64,000 nucleotides of DNA from an uncultured delta proteobacterium. Its GTDB lineage: Bacteria; Desulfobacterota; Binatia; UBA9968. Below are positions 39,344 through 48,679 of the stretch, one piece after another (position 1 is the stretch's first letter; the number at the start of each line of letters is the position of its first letter). The stretch spans positions 96,001 to 160,000 of the forward strand of contig CAVTUQ010000026.1 of assembly GCA_963737905.1 (NCBI GenBank). The letters run 5' to 3'. The notes beneath the pieces are model-generated. The model was not told where the DNA came from. It saw only the letters and a program-made list of their open reading frames with translations, and searched no databases. The position numbers were made by a program, and so were the translations under genes.

Positions 39344-41053
39344 TCAATGATCGAAATGCATTTGGATCCGACACCGGCCATTGATTTTTTCACCTTTGAC
39401 TTTGTCGGCGTATTGGCGCATCAGAAAACCCGAGAGACTAGCGACGGCGTTTTCGTCGGCGAGAAGCGCGTCGTCGGTCGGACGCCTACTGGGAAATTCC
39501 ATCAACTCGCCATCGTAGCGAATATCCATATCGAGATTGAATTCGTCGAAACTGACTTCGGCTTGCACCTTTCCTTTCATGAGATCCAGGGTGGCGGCGG
39601 ACTCGACAAATTCATTGAGGGCCGCCGTCGCTCGCATAATCACATCCCGGCGCGCTCCCCAAAGGGCCCCCTGGGTCTCCATAAATTCAAAAATTTTCTG
39701 AGAACCACCGACACCGGGCGTCAACTCCAGTAGCTGGCGTTTAGTAATGCCGATCCGAAAAATCAGGTTTAAAAGCACGACAAGGACCGTCGAGATAGAC
39801 AGCGACGAAGAAAAGAGAGGCTGGATCAAGTTCGGCACGTCGCGGTACAGTCCGGGGACCATGTCGACGCTCAGGCCGAAGATCAGAGCGATGCCGACGA
39901 CGAAAATCCTGCGCGCGTCGAGCATGCGCGACGTGATCACCTGAATGCCGGCAAGAATCATGTAGCAGGCGACGTAAACGAGAATCGCACCCATCACCGG
40001 ATCGGGCATCACGGCAAAGAAGGCCCCGAGCTTGGGGAGAAAAGCCAGGACGATCATCAAGATGCCGCAGGGAAGGGCGATGGACCGGCTGGTGGCCCCG
40101 GTGGCGAGCGAGAGACCGACGTTGCTGGAGAAGGTGGATTGGCCGATCCCGCCCAGCAGGCCCGCTAGGCCAGTTCCGATGGCGCCGGCGAAAATTCCGC
40201 CGCTGACCGATTGCATGTCGGTGCGCTTCCAATCGGCGTCATTGATTTTCTGGCACAGGGTCAAGTCGCCCACGCTTTTCAAGGTCGAAGCCAGGCTGGC
40301 GATAAGGAATGCGGGCAGAAGAGCGAGATCAAATGACCAGCCCGTTTGAGCCTTTCGCGGCAGGCTAATCATGGGCGCGGCGAGCATCTTTTGCAGCCGT
40401 TCGGTCTCAAAGAGCCCAAAAAAATAAGCGAGCAAATAACCGATCACAAGACCGATCAGCACGGGATATAACTTGAGAGCCCCTTTACCCCAAACGGTCG
40501 GTACGATCATTGCCGCCAACGTCACTGTTGCAACCGTGGCGGCGGTTCCTTGCGGACCCGCGCCACCGGCTTGAAAGCCCAAAAACCTGGGAGAGCCCAG
40601 GGCCACAAGTTCTATTCCGACCATCGTCACCACCAGTCCGGTGACTTCGGGGGGAAAGAGCGGACGTAATCGTGGCAGGACCCGAGCGAGCAGTCCCTCG
40701 AAGAGGCCCGAAATCACCGTCGTGGCAAAGACCGACCGCAGGCCGCCAACCTTGCCAGCCAGAATCGATGCGGAGATGTATGCGGGGCCGCCGCTGATGG
40801 GGCAAAAATATCCGGACCCCACCGCGCTGTTGGGTAAGGATTGCAGAATGGTTGCGATTCCGGACGCAATCATCGACATCCGCAGCACGTTGGTGACTTC
40901 TTCCTGGGTACCGCCGATGGTGGTGACGATCACCACCACCATCACCCAGCCGGCTGTCATGACAAAGACATGCTGGAGCCCCAGTAGAGCCGATGCGGTC
41001 AACGGAGGCTTATCATCGACGCCATAAGTAAGGTTGGCGGGCTTCTTGGCCAT
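39344..41053 (-). CDS. NCS2 (xanthine/uracil) permease with ~130-aa soluble C-terminal RsbW-like domain
   Basis: YGVDDKPP, LGLQHVFVM, FPPEVTG and STFSSNVGL..ATGATSR motifs; hydrophilic tail ending MHFDH. Confidence 0.9.
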   Translation of the reverse strand: MAKKPANLTYGVDDKPPLTASALLGLQHVFVMTAGWVMVVVIVTTIGGTQEEVTNVLRMSMIASGIATILQSLPNSAVGSGYFCPISGGPAYISASILAGKVGGLRSVFATTVISGLFEGLLARVLPRLRPLFPPEVTGLVVTMVGIELVALGSPRFLGFQAGGAGPQGTAATVATVTLAAMIVPTVWGKGALKLYPVLIGLVIGYLLAYFFGLFETERLQKMLAAPMISLPRKAQTGWSFDLALLPAFLIASLASTLKSVGDLTLCQKINDADWKRTDMQSVSGGIFAGAIGTGLAGLLGGIGQSTFSSNVGLSLATGATSRSIALPCGILMIVLAFLPKLGAFFAVMPDPVMGAILVYVACYMILAGIQVITSRMLDARRIFVVGIALIFGLSVDMVPGLYRDVPNLIQPLFSSSLSISTVLVVLLNLIFRIGITKRQLLELTPGVGGSQKIFEFMETQGALWGARRDVIMRATAALNEFVESAATLDLMKGKVQAEVSFDEFNLDMDIRYDGELMEFPSRRPTDDALLADENAVASLSGFLMRQYADKVKGEKINGRCRIQMHFDH

Positions 41054-41443
41054 GCACGCCTCAGCTAAATTTCACCTCGCACGATCGCGTTTCGCGTGCC
41101 GAAAGGAATTCATTAGATGCAGGCAAAAGGAACCGTCCAAGGTCGACCGAATCAATGGTCGTTTAGCGAATTCAATTCAATCTCGAGCACTAGATCGCGT
41201 AGCACTCTGTCTATTCATGGAGCCGGTCACGTAATTCCCTATCAGAAAACCCGATAGTTTTCGCGACCCTCTCTCATTTCCCAGCAAGTCGGCGTCCGTA
41301 GACCGTTTGGCGGTGAACTTCGTAGTGTTCCCGGCCGGTCGTAGCGGTTATCGATATCGAGACTGAACTCAACAAAAAGGATCGGTTTACGTCTTGCTGT
41401 GCGGGATGTCTTAAAGCAGAATACCCGCGATGATGGACAGCTA

Positions 41444-42712
41444 ATGCAGAGAAATTTTCTTAAGGCGCTTGGACCGGGGCTTCTCTGGGCGGGCGCGGCC
41501 GTGGGCGTGTCTCACTTGGTGCAGTCCACTCGTGCCGGCGCAAGCTTCGGCTTGGAACTAGTTGGCCTCGTGATCATCGCCAACGTCTTCAAGTATCCGG
41601 CTTTTTCCTTCGGCCCGCGCTATGCAGCGGCGACCGGCACGAGCCTGCTCGAAGGCTACCGCCGCCAGGGATTGTGGGCGTTGTTGCTCTACGCGATTCT
41701 GACATTGGGCACCATGTTCACCGTTCAGGCTGTCGTCACGCTCGTGACTGCGGCCATCGGGGCGGCGTTGCTGGGATGGAGCGGCTCCGCCGCAGTGGTT
41801 CAACTCACAATTTTTCTCACTGTATTCTGTGCGATACTTCTTTTTGTCGGCCACTACCGATGGCTGGACCGGGTTATCAAACTCGTGGTCCCGCTTTTTA
41901 CCTTCTCCACCTTGGCTGCGACGGCGTTGGTTCTTCCCCGGGTGGATTGGGCGACGATTCGTCTTCTTCCCAGCGCCGGGCTGTTTTCAGATCCCGCGTC
42001 CGTCCTGTTCCTGGTGGCGCTCGTGGGCTGGATGCCCTCCGCCTTCGACATATCGATCTGGCACTCGCTTTGGACCCTCGCGCGTAGGCAGGAAACGCAA
42101 TACGCCGCCACCGTGGACGAAGCGCTCTTGGACTTCAACATCGGCTATCTTGGAACCGCAATCCTGGCGCTTTGTTTCGTCGCGCTGGGGGCAGGCGTCA
42201 TGTATAATTCGGGGGCGCAGTTCCCCGAATCCGCCTCTGGCTTCGCCAATCAAGTTATCGATCTTTACACGAAAACCCTCGGCGCCTGGGCCAAGCCGCT
42301 GATCGGCCTTTCGGCGTTCACCGTGATGTTCTCAACGACCTTGACCGTCATCGACGGTTTCCCCAGGGCGCTGGCGACTCTGGTCTCCCGCTTCAACGAG
42401 CCGGAATTGCCCGACACGGTCTCAGCAATCAACAAGTCTGTGTACTGGATGTCTCTGGTTGTACTCAGTCTGGGCTCGATTGGGATTGTCGGGTTCCTGC
42501 TGAGATCGCTGCTTGCGCTGGTTGATTTGGCGACCGTCCTTTCTTTCCTGACCGCGCCACTCCTGGCCTGGCTCAATCATCAGGTCATTCTAGCCGGAGA
42601 GATGCCCGAAGAGCACCGGCCGGGGCTAGCCATGGTCGTGTATAGCTGGACGGGGATTATTTTTTCAACGGCCTTTGCGTTGTATTTTCTATGGGTGAGA
42701 TGGGGAGGATAA
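41444..42712 (+). CDS. NRAMP-related divalent cation/solute transporter
   Basis: LGPGLLWAGAAVGVSHLVQSTRAGA, LVGWMP and MFSTTLTVIDGFPR motifs. Confidence 0.85.
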   Translation: MQRNFLKALGPGLLWAGAAVGVSHLVQSTRAGASFGLELVGLVIIANVFKYPAFSFGPRYAAATGTSLLEGYRRQGLWALLLYAILTLGTMFTVQAVVTLVTAAIGAALLGWSGSAAVVQLTIFLTVFCAILLFVGHYRWLDRVIKLVVPLFTFSTLAATALVLPRVDWATIRLLPSAGLFSDPASVLFLVALVGWMPSAFDISIWHSLWTLARRQETQYAATVDEALLDFNIGYLGTAILALCFVALGAGVMYNSGAQFPESASGFANQVIDLYTKTLGAWAKPLIGLSAFTVMFSTTLTVIDGFPRALATLVSRFNEPELPDTVSAINKSVYWMSLVVLSLGSIGIVGFLLRSLLALVDLATVLSFLTAPLLAWLNHQVILAGEMPEEHRPGLAMVVYSWTGIIFSTAFALYFLWVRWGG

Positions 42713-42842
42713 CACCCGTGGGTTACGCCGCTTGCGCACCCACCCGACGTTGCTATGATACTTGCATATATTAGATGCGTGATGCCGCACTGTGACTGAT
42801 TCAGCCAGTCACGCAAAAATCGATTTTATTGGAGGAACAAAG

Positions 42843-44030
42843 ATGTCGTTAATTGCCAAGCTGGTCGGATTCCTGGTATTGACCGTGGCTTTAAACTTTT
42901 CCGCTCCAGCGCGGGCGCAGAAGGGCACAATCAAGATCGCCGTGCAGGCGCCGCTCTCCGGCGAGCAGGCGGCGATCGGCGAAAGTATCAAGCTCGGCGC
43001 GCAACTGGGGGTCGAGGAGTCGGTCAAAGCCTTCAAGGCTTTGGGCTATGATCTGGTCCTCGTCCCATACGACGATCAGGCCAAGCCGGAAGTTGGAGTC
43101 GCCAACGCGCGCAACATTATTGCCGATACCAATGTCCTGGTCGTGGTCGGCCACTTCAACTCCGGCGTCGCGCTTCCCGCATCCGAAGTTTACAAAGACG
43201 CCATGCTGGCGATGATCTCGCCGGCAAACACCGCGACGGAAATCACTGACCGCCACTATGCCAATATCAATCGGGTTTGCGGCCGCGACGACGTTCAGGG
43301 TCCCGTCGGCGCGCACTTCGCCGCTCAAGACTTGAAACTGAAATCGGTCTATATCATTCAAGACAAGACGCTCTACGGCCAGGGAGTGGCGGACAACTTT
43401 CGCGCCGAAGCGCAGAAACTCGGCATGAAGATTCTCGGTTACGAAGGCACCGAGGAGCGGGCGAATTTTTCGCCTTTGATTATTCCACTCAAGGCCCGCA
43501 ATCCCGATCTGGTTTATTTCGGCGGCATCTACCATCAGGGCGGGCTGCTCTTAAGGCAGCTCCGCGACCGCGGCGTGAAGGCCAAATACATGGGACCGGA
43601 TGGTTTGGATTCGCCGGAGATGGTCAAGATCGGCGGCGGGGCGGTGACCGGCAGCTATTATACGACCGTCGCCGGCCCGCCGGACGCCTATCCTGAAACC
43701 GCGGCCTTCACCAAGAAATTCAAGCAGCGCTTCGGCCGGGAAGTCGAGTCCTTTGGCATGTACGGCTACGACGCCACGTTGGTGGGCATCAAGGCGATGG
43801 AAGAGTGGATCAAAGCGAACGGCGGCAAGCGGCCGAGCCGCGCCGAGGTCTCCGCCGCCGTGAGGAGCATCAAAAACTTCAAAGGGGTCACCGGGGCGAT
43901 CCAGTTCGACAACAAGGGCGATCCGCTCCAGGCCAAGTACTTTGTGCTCCAATACGAGAAGCCGGTTTATCCGGGAAAAGTCGTCAAAGTCATCGAGCAG
44001 CAACCGCCGTCGGCGCCAAAGAAATCGTAG
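42843..44030 (+). CDS. Branched-chain amino acid ABC substrate-binding protein (LivK-like)
   Basis: IKIAVQAPLSG, VVGHFNSGV, RVCGRDDVQG and GVTGAIQFDNKGD motifs. Confidence 0.92.
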   Translation: MSLIAKLVGFLVLTVALNFSAPARAQKGTIKIAVQAPLSGEQAAIGESIKLGAQLGVEESVKAFKALGYDLVLVPYDDQAKPEVGVANARNIIADTNVLVVVGHFNSGVALPASEVYKDAMLAMISPANTATEITDRHYANINRVCGRDDVQGPVGAHFAAQDLKLKSVYIIQDKTLYGQGVADNFRAEAQKLGMKILGYEGTEERANFSPLIIPLKARNPDLVYFGGIYHQGGLLLRQLRDRGVKAKYMGPDGLDSPEMVKIGGGAVTGSYYTTVAGPPDAYPETAAFTKKFKQRFGREVESFGMYGYDATLVGIKAMEEWIKANGGKRPSRAEVSAAVRSIKNFKGVTGAIQFDNKGDPLQAKYFVLQYEKPVYPGKVVKVIEQQPPSAPKKS

Positions 44031-44100
44031 GCTGGCGCAAGCCCGTCTGGGATAGAATAGATCGAAGAGATGGCCAGCAGAGCCGACGTGATTGCCAAAG

Positions 44101-44598
44101 CTATTTGAGGGCGTTAGCCCCAGCCTGTGACACCGGGTCGTCCGCCCCGCCCGACGTTCCGATCGCACCGATGACCTTGCCGTCGACGACGATCGGAATC
44201 CCGCCTGCGGACGCCACCGCTCCGCGCAACGCGAAGGGGGACATGTCTCCTTTAGCGGCCCGGTCGAAGAAGTCCTTACTCGAACGACGGAACAGAGCCG
44301 CCGATTTCGCCTTGTCTTGGGCGATTTGAATGGAAGCATATTGAGTGCCGTCCATTCTCTGGAAATAGACGAGATCGCCGGACGGTTCGACAATGGCGAT
44401 TGCCATTTTCATGCTGCGCTTGCTCGCTTCTGCCATCGCGGCGTCAGCGACTTTTTTTGCCTGCTCGAGCGTGATGGGTGGACCGTAGGGTGTCGTTGGA
44501 GGCGAGGGCGGTGTGGGCGCGACTTGTTGCGCGTTCGCGGCGGCGCCGAGCAGCAGCGCGCTGCAAACCACGAGTGACTTCAAAGTGAGATTCTTCAT
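44101..44598 (-). CDS. GlcG/HbpS family heme-binding protein, exported
   Basis: ITLEQAKK, RMDG..ASIQIA.DKA and GGIPIVVDGKVIGAIGTSG motifs. Confidence 0.9.
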   Translation of the reverse strand: MKNLTLKSLVVCSALLLGAAANAQQVAPTPPSPPTTPYGPPITLEQAKKVADAAMAEASKRSMKMAIAIVEPSGDLVYFQRMDGTQYASIQIAQDKAKSAALFRRSSKDFFDRAAKGDMSPFALRGAVASAGGIPIVVDGKVIGAIGTSGGADDPVSQAGANALK

Positions 44599-44695
44599 GA
44601 GAAATTCCTCCCAAAAAAATTTCCGGCAGAGCGTATCGAATAGCGGGTCACATCATAGTGGGATATCGATACTCCGCAGCTTGCTGCGGGGTGAT

Positions 44696-45088
44696 TCAAT
44701 CGGTTCCTACCCAGCCCGCGTTGGAAACGTCGATAACCTGGTTGTCCGGACCCAGACATTTGATTTCGTAATACGACTGGGGCTGAGACGGATCGCTTCG
44801 ATGGACTTCCGTTCTGTCGGTCAGGGGTTTGCCCCCGAGCTGGTTAATCCGGCTAATGGTCGCCTCAACATCGTCCACCTGGAAACCGACGTGGTCGATG
44901 CCCAGCCGAAGGGGTTCGCCGTCCTCTCCGGGCTGGAATTTTAGGACGGCAATGTTGAGATGACCGTCAGTGAGATAGATTCCGTTCTGCCCCAAGCCGA
45001 CTTGCTTCAGGCCGAAGGCGTCTTTATAGAATGCCGCGGTTTTTTCGACGTCTCCGGTTCTAATCGCAATGTGTTTGATCCTGGCCAT
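44696..45088 (-). CDS. VOC family protein
   Basis: IKHIAIRT..TAAFY..FGL and GIDHVGFQVDD motifs. Confidence 0.9.
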   Translation of the reverse strand: MARIKHIAIRTGDVEKTAAFYKDAFGLKQVGLGQNGIYLTDGHLNIAVLKFQPGEDGEPLRLGIDHVGFQVDDVEATISRINQLGGKPLTDRTEVHRSDPSQPQSYYEIKCLGPDNQVIDVSNAGWVGTD

Positions 45089-45177
45089 AATCTTGTCCTC
45101 CCTGGAACATAGCCGCGACTATTAGCTGGAGGTAACGATCAGGGACGAGCCCTCCGAAGTGGTGAAAACGGACAAGG

Positions 45178-45250
45178 GTTCAAGGTTCAAAGTTCAGTGT
45201 TCAAGGTGCGATACGAATTGAAACGTTGAACCTGGAACATTGAACCTTGA
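45178..45250. repeat. Heptamer-periodic hairpin, family C copy 2
   Basis: GGTTCAAGGTTCAAAGTTCAG...TTGAACCTGGAACATTGAACC. Confidence 0.75.
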
Positions 45251-45267
45251 GACGTGCTTCGCCGCTC

Positions 45268-45906
45268 TCATTTCTTGTTCCAGAGCGCGGTGATATCGCC
45301 GGCGGTGGCGATATCGAAGAAAGTTTGCTCCATCAATTTCAAAGCCATGTCGTGAAGCTCGCGGTTTCGCGAGCCGACGCAATCTTTCAGAATGACGACA
45401 TCGTATCCCAGATTGCGCGCGCTCCGCGCCGTGCCTTCGACCCCGCCTTCGGTAGCGACGCCGCTAATGAGAATCGTTTTTACCCCTTTGCTCCGCAACA
45501 CGAGATCGAAATCGGTTCCAACGAAGGCATCCGGCCGTCGCTTCTGGAAGACGACATCTTGGGGCTGCGGCTTTAACTCGGCGATGATTTCCTGATCGTG
45601 GGGATTTTCCTTGTCTTGGACCAGTTGATTGGGATCGGTGGCCTTGGCGCGTTTCATGCGGATGCGCACCCAGACCCCGGCCTCTTCTTTCACCACGTCA
45701 AAAGCCGTCTGCACGGAGTAAAAAACCGGTACTCTCACCTTGCGCGCCAACGCGGACAATTCCTGCAGCTTCGGCAGCATCTCTTTGTAGTTGAAGGCGT
45801 TGGGCCCAATCGCGTACTCCATATCCCATATGAGCAACGCGGCCCGCGTTGGATCCACCATTTCCGCCAAATTACTTGGTATCTTCTTTCCTCCGATCTC
45901 AAACAT
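45268..45906 (-). CDS. Isochorismatase/cysteine hydrolase family, Gly at the catalytic Cys position
   Basis: ALLIWDM, FQKRRPDAFVGTD and GVATEGGVEGTAR motifs. Confidence 0.88.
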   Translation of the reverse strand: MFEIGGKKIPSNLAEMVDPTRAALLIWDMEYAIGPNAFNYKEMLPKLQELSALARKVRVPVFYSVQTAFDVVKEEAGVWVRIRMKRAKATDPNQLVQDKENPHDQEIIAELKPQPQDVVFQKRRPDAFVGTDFDLVLRSKGVKTILISGVATEGGVEGTARSARNLGYDVVILKDCVGSRNRELHDMALKLMEQTFFDIATAGDITALWNKK

Positions 45907-45953
45907 GAGTCACCTCCTATTTGTTCTAATTACACCTTAACTAGATCCCACCT

Positions 45954-46041
45954 CGTCATTCCGGCCAAGCTGGCGACAGCTAGCGCGAGCCGGAATCCAG
46001 GAATTTAAGGACTCCTTGTTTCCCGCTTTCGCGGGAAAGAC
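45954..46041. repeat. REP-like palindromic element related to family A
   Basis: CGTCATTCCGGC...GCCGGAATCCAGG...TTCCCGCTTTCGCGGGAAAGACG. Confidence 0.7.
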
Positions 46042-46115
46042 GGATGGGGGCATTTCGGCCAAAAAGAGTTTGCATGCTGAAAAAAGCCAGTGGCGTGACC
46101 CAATGGGCATAGCCA

Positions 46116-47042
46116 TTACTTGTCTAAGCTCGCCACCGCCTTTTTGTAGAAGCGCTCGTCAACGTATTTCTCGGGTTTCGGCACCGGCGGTTTCATCAAG
46201 CCGGCGGTCTCGCGCAACTGGATCACCGAGCGGATACCCTCCATGTCGATCTGGCTGCGCGGCGTAAAGCCAAATCGTGGGCTCAAGCCTTCGACATACA
46301 TGGCTTCGGCTCTGGCCTTGTTGTTCCGATTTTCGGGGAGAAGAATGGCGATCACTTCTTCCTTATTTTTGGGATTCGTGACCCAATCGGTGGCGCGGAT
46401 CATGGCCCGGGTGAAACGCACGAGCAGATCTTCGTTCTTGTTGGCCCACTCCCGCCGCGTGGCACCGAGTCCTCTTGCGTAGTGCTGGACGTAGTCTTCG
46501 GATTTGGCGAGGACTTTGAAGCCGCGCTTTTCAATCTCGTCGTCGGCGAGGCTCATCATCGCGCCCGACGCGTCGCCGCGGCTCAAAGCGTCCGCTCGGG
46601 CTGCGGTGTTGCCGAAGGCTTTAAAGTTGTAGTCCCTGTTCAACTCTAGACCGTGCTTTTTGAGAATGTAGACGCCGACGATGGCGTAGCCGGTGGTGGG
46701 CGCATCCACGGCAAAGATCTTTCCTTTGAGATCGCTGTAGTCGTTGATGCCGGGCGCCACGATCAGCTTTTGGTTGACGCCACGGCTCCCTCCCAAAAAA
46801 ATGATAAAATCATTCTTCTGGGGATCTTCTCCCTGCCCCTCGGCCCAGGCGATGACGTTGTCGGCGTTGTTGAGGATCAGATCGTATTTCCCGCTGATGA
46901 GATTGCGCAGTAAAGTCGGGGAGTCGGTGACGATGTTGATCTGCACGCGGATATTTTCTTTGTTGAGAAAACCTTTTGCTTGCGCCGCGATGATCACGGC
47001 GTCCTTGTTGAACGAACCAATCTGGATAATATCTTCAGCCAT
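46116..47042 (-). CDS. NMT1/SsuA-like SBP-fold protein with no signal peptide
   Basis: SDLKGKIFAVDAPTTGYA; ATG at 47042 preceded by GGAG. Confidence 0.85.
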   Translation of the reverse strand: MAEDIIQIGSFNKDAVIIAAQAKGFLNKENIRVQINIVTDSPTLLRNLISGKYDLILNNADNVIAWAEGQGEDPQKNDFIIFLGGSRGVNQKLIVAPGINDYSDLKGKIFAVDAPTTGYAIVGVYILKKHGLELNRDYNFKAFGNTAARADALSRGDASGAMMSLADDEIEKRGFKVLAKSEDYVQHYARGLGATRREWANKNEDLLVRFTRAMIRATDWVTNPKNKEEVIAILLPENRNNKARAEAMYVEGLSPRFGFTPRSQIDMEGIRSVIQLRETAGLMKPPVPKPEKYVDERFYKKAVASLDK

Positions 47043-47053
47043 AACACACTCCA

Positions 47054-47200
47054 CTTCCCGAAGTCCGTCATTCCCGCATAGTCTTAGCGGGAATCCAGGG
47101 GGATGTTCGGACTGGACCCCCGATAGGAACATTCGGGGGTGACGACCTCGCAATAAATTCAATTTTTCTGATACCCCGCAGCTTGCTGCGGGGTAATTCA
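47054..47200. repeat. Dispersed repeat family A, copy 2, plus ACCCCGCAGCTTGCTGCGGGGT palindrome
   Basis: Matches 5603-5722; the palindrome also occurs near 44670-44698 and partially at 5572-5590. Confidence 0.85.
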
Positions 47201-47293
47201 TCACTGTGCAGTTCCGCTCCTTTGACCGGTTAATACAGTTCGCTGATTGTTGTCAATGAGTGAGTACCGCGGCGCAAGTTAAAAACTAGGTGA

Positions 47294-48664
47294 TCACTTG
47301 GCCAGCTTCGGCAGAAAATCTTCCAAACGAATACGTCTCATCACGTCGTCTGGAACCCTAAGCTCGGGTGGAAAATCCGCCATCGGCTTGGTGGCGTCGA
47401 GGCCCATCTTTGCGTTGACGCCGCCGGGACCGGCGGAAGGATCCAGCTCGCTGCCTTGCGCATTGGGGATGACGACGAGGCCGCGATCGGCTTGAAAACG
47501 ATTGGAAACCGCCCAAAGGACTCGCTCTTCGTCGAAGACGTCGATGTCGTCGTCGACGATAACCACGTGTTTCAGTAGCATGTCGGCGGCGAAGGCGGCG
47601 CAGATGGCGTTTTTCGCTTGGCCGGGGGTCCGTTTGGCGATGGAAATATAAGCGTGGAATCGGCAATTGCCGGAGACCGGCATGCAGACGTTCTTCACCG
47701 TAGGAACGCTTTGCCGCACGGCTTTGAGCAGCGCGGCTTCGCGAGGCACGGCGCCCATCAGTTTATGCTCCGTATAGCCGGCGTGAATGTCCTGGAAGAT
47801 ATAATTCTTGCGGTGGGTGACGGCAGTGACTTCGATGACTTGGCGATCGTCGGAATTCACGGCATGACCGGTGAATTCACCGAAGGGTCCCTCCACGCCG
47901 CGCACGTGGGGCAGGATTTTGCCTTCGATAATCATTTCCGCGTCTGCGGGCACCAGAACGGGCACGCTTTTGGCTTTGACCAAGCGCAACGGTTCGTTCA
48001 TCATGCCGCCGATAACGGCGTACTCGTCCTCGTCCGCCGGCGTCAACGCCTGCGCTCCAAGAGAGAAGAGTGGATGTACTCCGATGACGATGGCGATCGG
48101 AAGGGGTTCATTGCGGCCTTCCAGCTTATTGTGCAGGGTCCAAAGGTGCCTGCCGATGGCCATGAAAATTCTAAGCTCGCGCTTGCCTGCCATCATCAAC
48201 CGGTTGTAGCTGGTGTTTCTCACCCCGGTGTCGGGATCGGCCGCGACGACGATGCCGGCAGTAATATAGGGAGCGGCATTGACGTCATAGTGGGTCAAGA
48301 GCGGGATTCCTCTCAGGTCAACTTCATCCCCAAGTTGGATCACCTCGTGAACCGGCCCCTGGCTGACTTCCACCGGCGCAATCGGTTCTGCCTGGCGCTC
48401 GCTGAATCGTCTCGCGAGCTCGTGGGGCTCACATTCAAGGGCCATCGCCATCAACCGCCGGCTGGCCTGGGCATTGATGACCACGGGAGCCCGGCCGCCT
48501 TCGACGGTCTCGAAGTAGAGCAGGGGAAAACGCTTTTTCTTTTCCAGGTGGGTGAGGAGCGCGGAGATTTCATACCGCGCAGAAATGCGTTTCGTGACAC
48601 GGGCGAGATCCTCGGGTGATTTGGTCCCGAGTTCTGCAATAAAGCCGCGTAGTTCTTTCGGCAT
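47294..48664 (-). CDS. UbiD family (prFMN-dependent) decarboxylase
   Basis: YITAG, SYNR, EGPFGEFTG, VIVDDDIDV and KMGLDATKP motifs. Confidence 0.93.
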   Translation of the reverse strand: MPKELRGFIAELGTKSPEDLARVTKRISARYEISALLTHLEKKKRFPLLYFETVEGGRAPVVINAQASRRLMAMALECEPHELARRFSERQAEPIAPVEVSQGPVHEVIQLGDEVDLRGIPLLTHYDVNAAPYITAGIVVAADPDTGVRNTSYNRLMMAGKRELRIFMAIGRHLWTLHNKLEGRNEPLPIAIVIGVHPLFSLGAQALTPADEDEYAVIGGMMNEPLRLVKAKSVPVLVPADAEMIIEGKILPHVRGVEGPFGEFTGHAVNSDDRQVIEVTAVTHRKNYIFQDIHAGYTEHKLMGAVPREAALLKAVRQSVPTVKNVCMPVSGNCRFHAYISIAKRTPGQAKNAICAAFAADMLLKHVVIVDDDIDVFDEERVLWAVSNRFQADRGLVVIPNAQGSELDPSAGPGGVNAKMGLDATKPMADFPPELRVPDDVMRRIRLEDFLPKLAK

Positions 48665-48679
48665 ATAGCGCAATCTTTC

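Noticed and set aside
45268-45906. Novel Cys-less isochorismatase pseudo-enzyme
   Set aside because: Gly at this position is already known in YecD-like members, so it is not novel.
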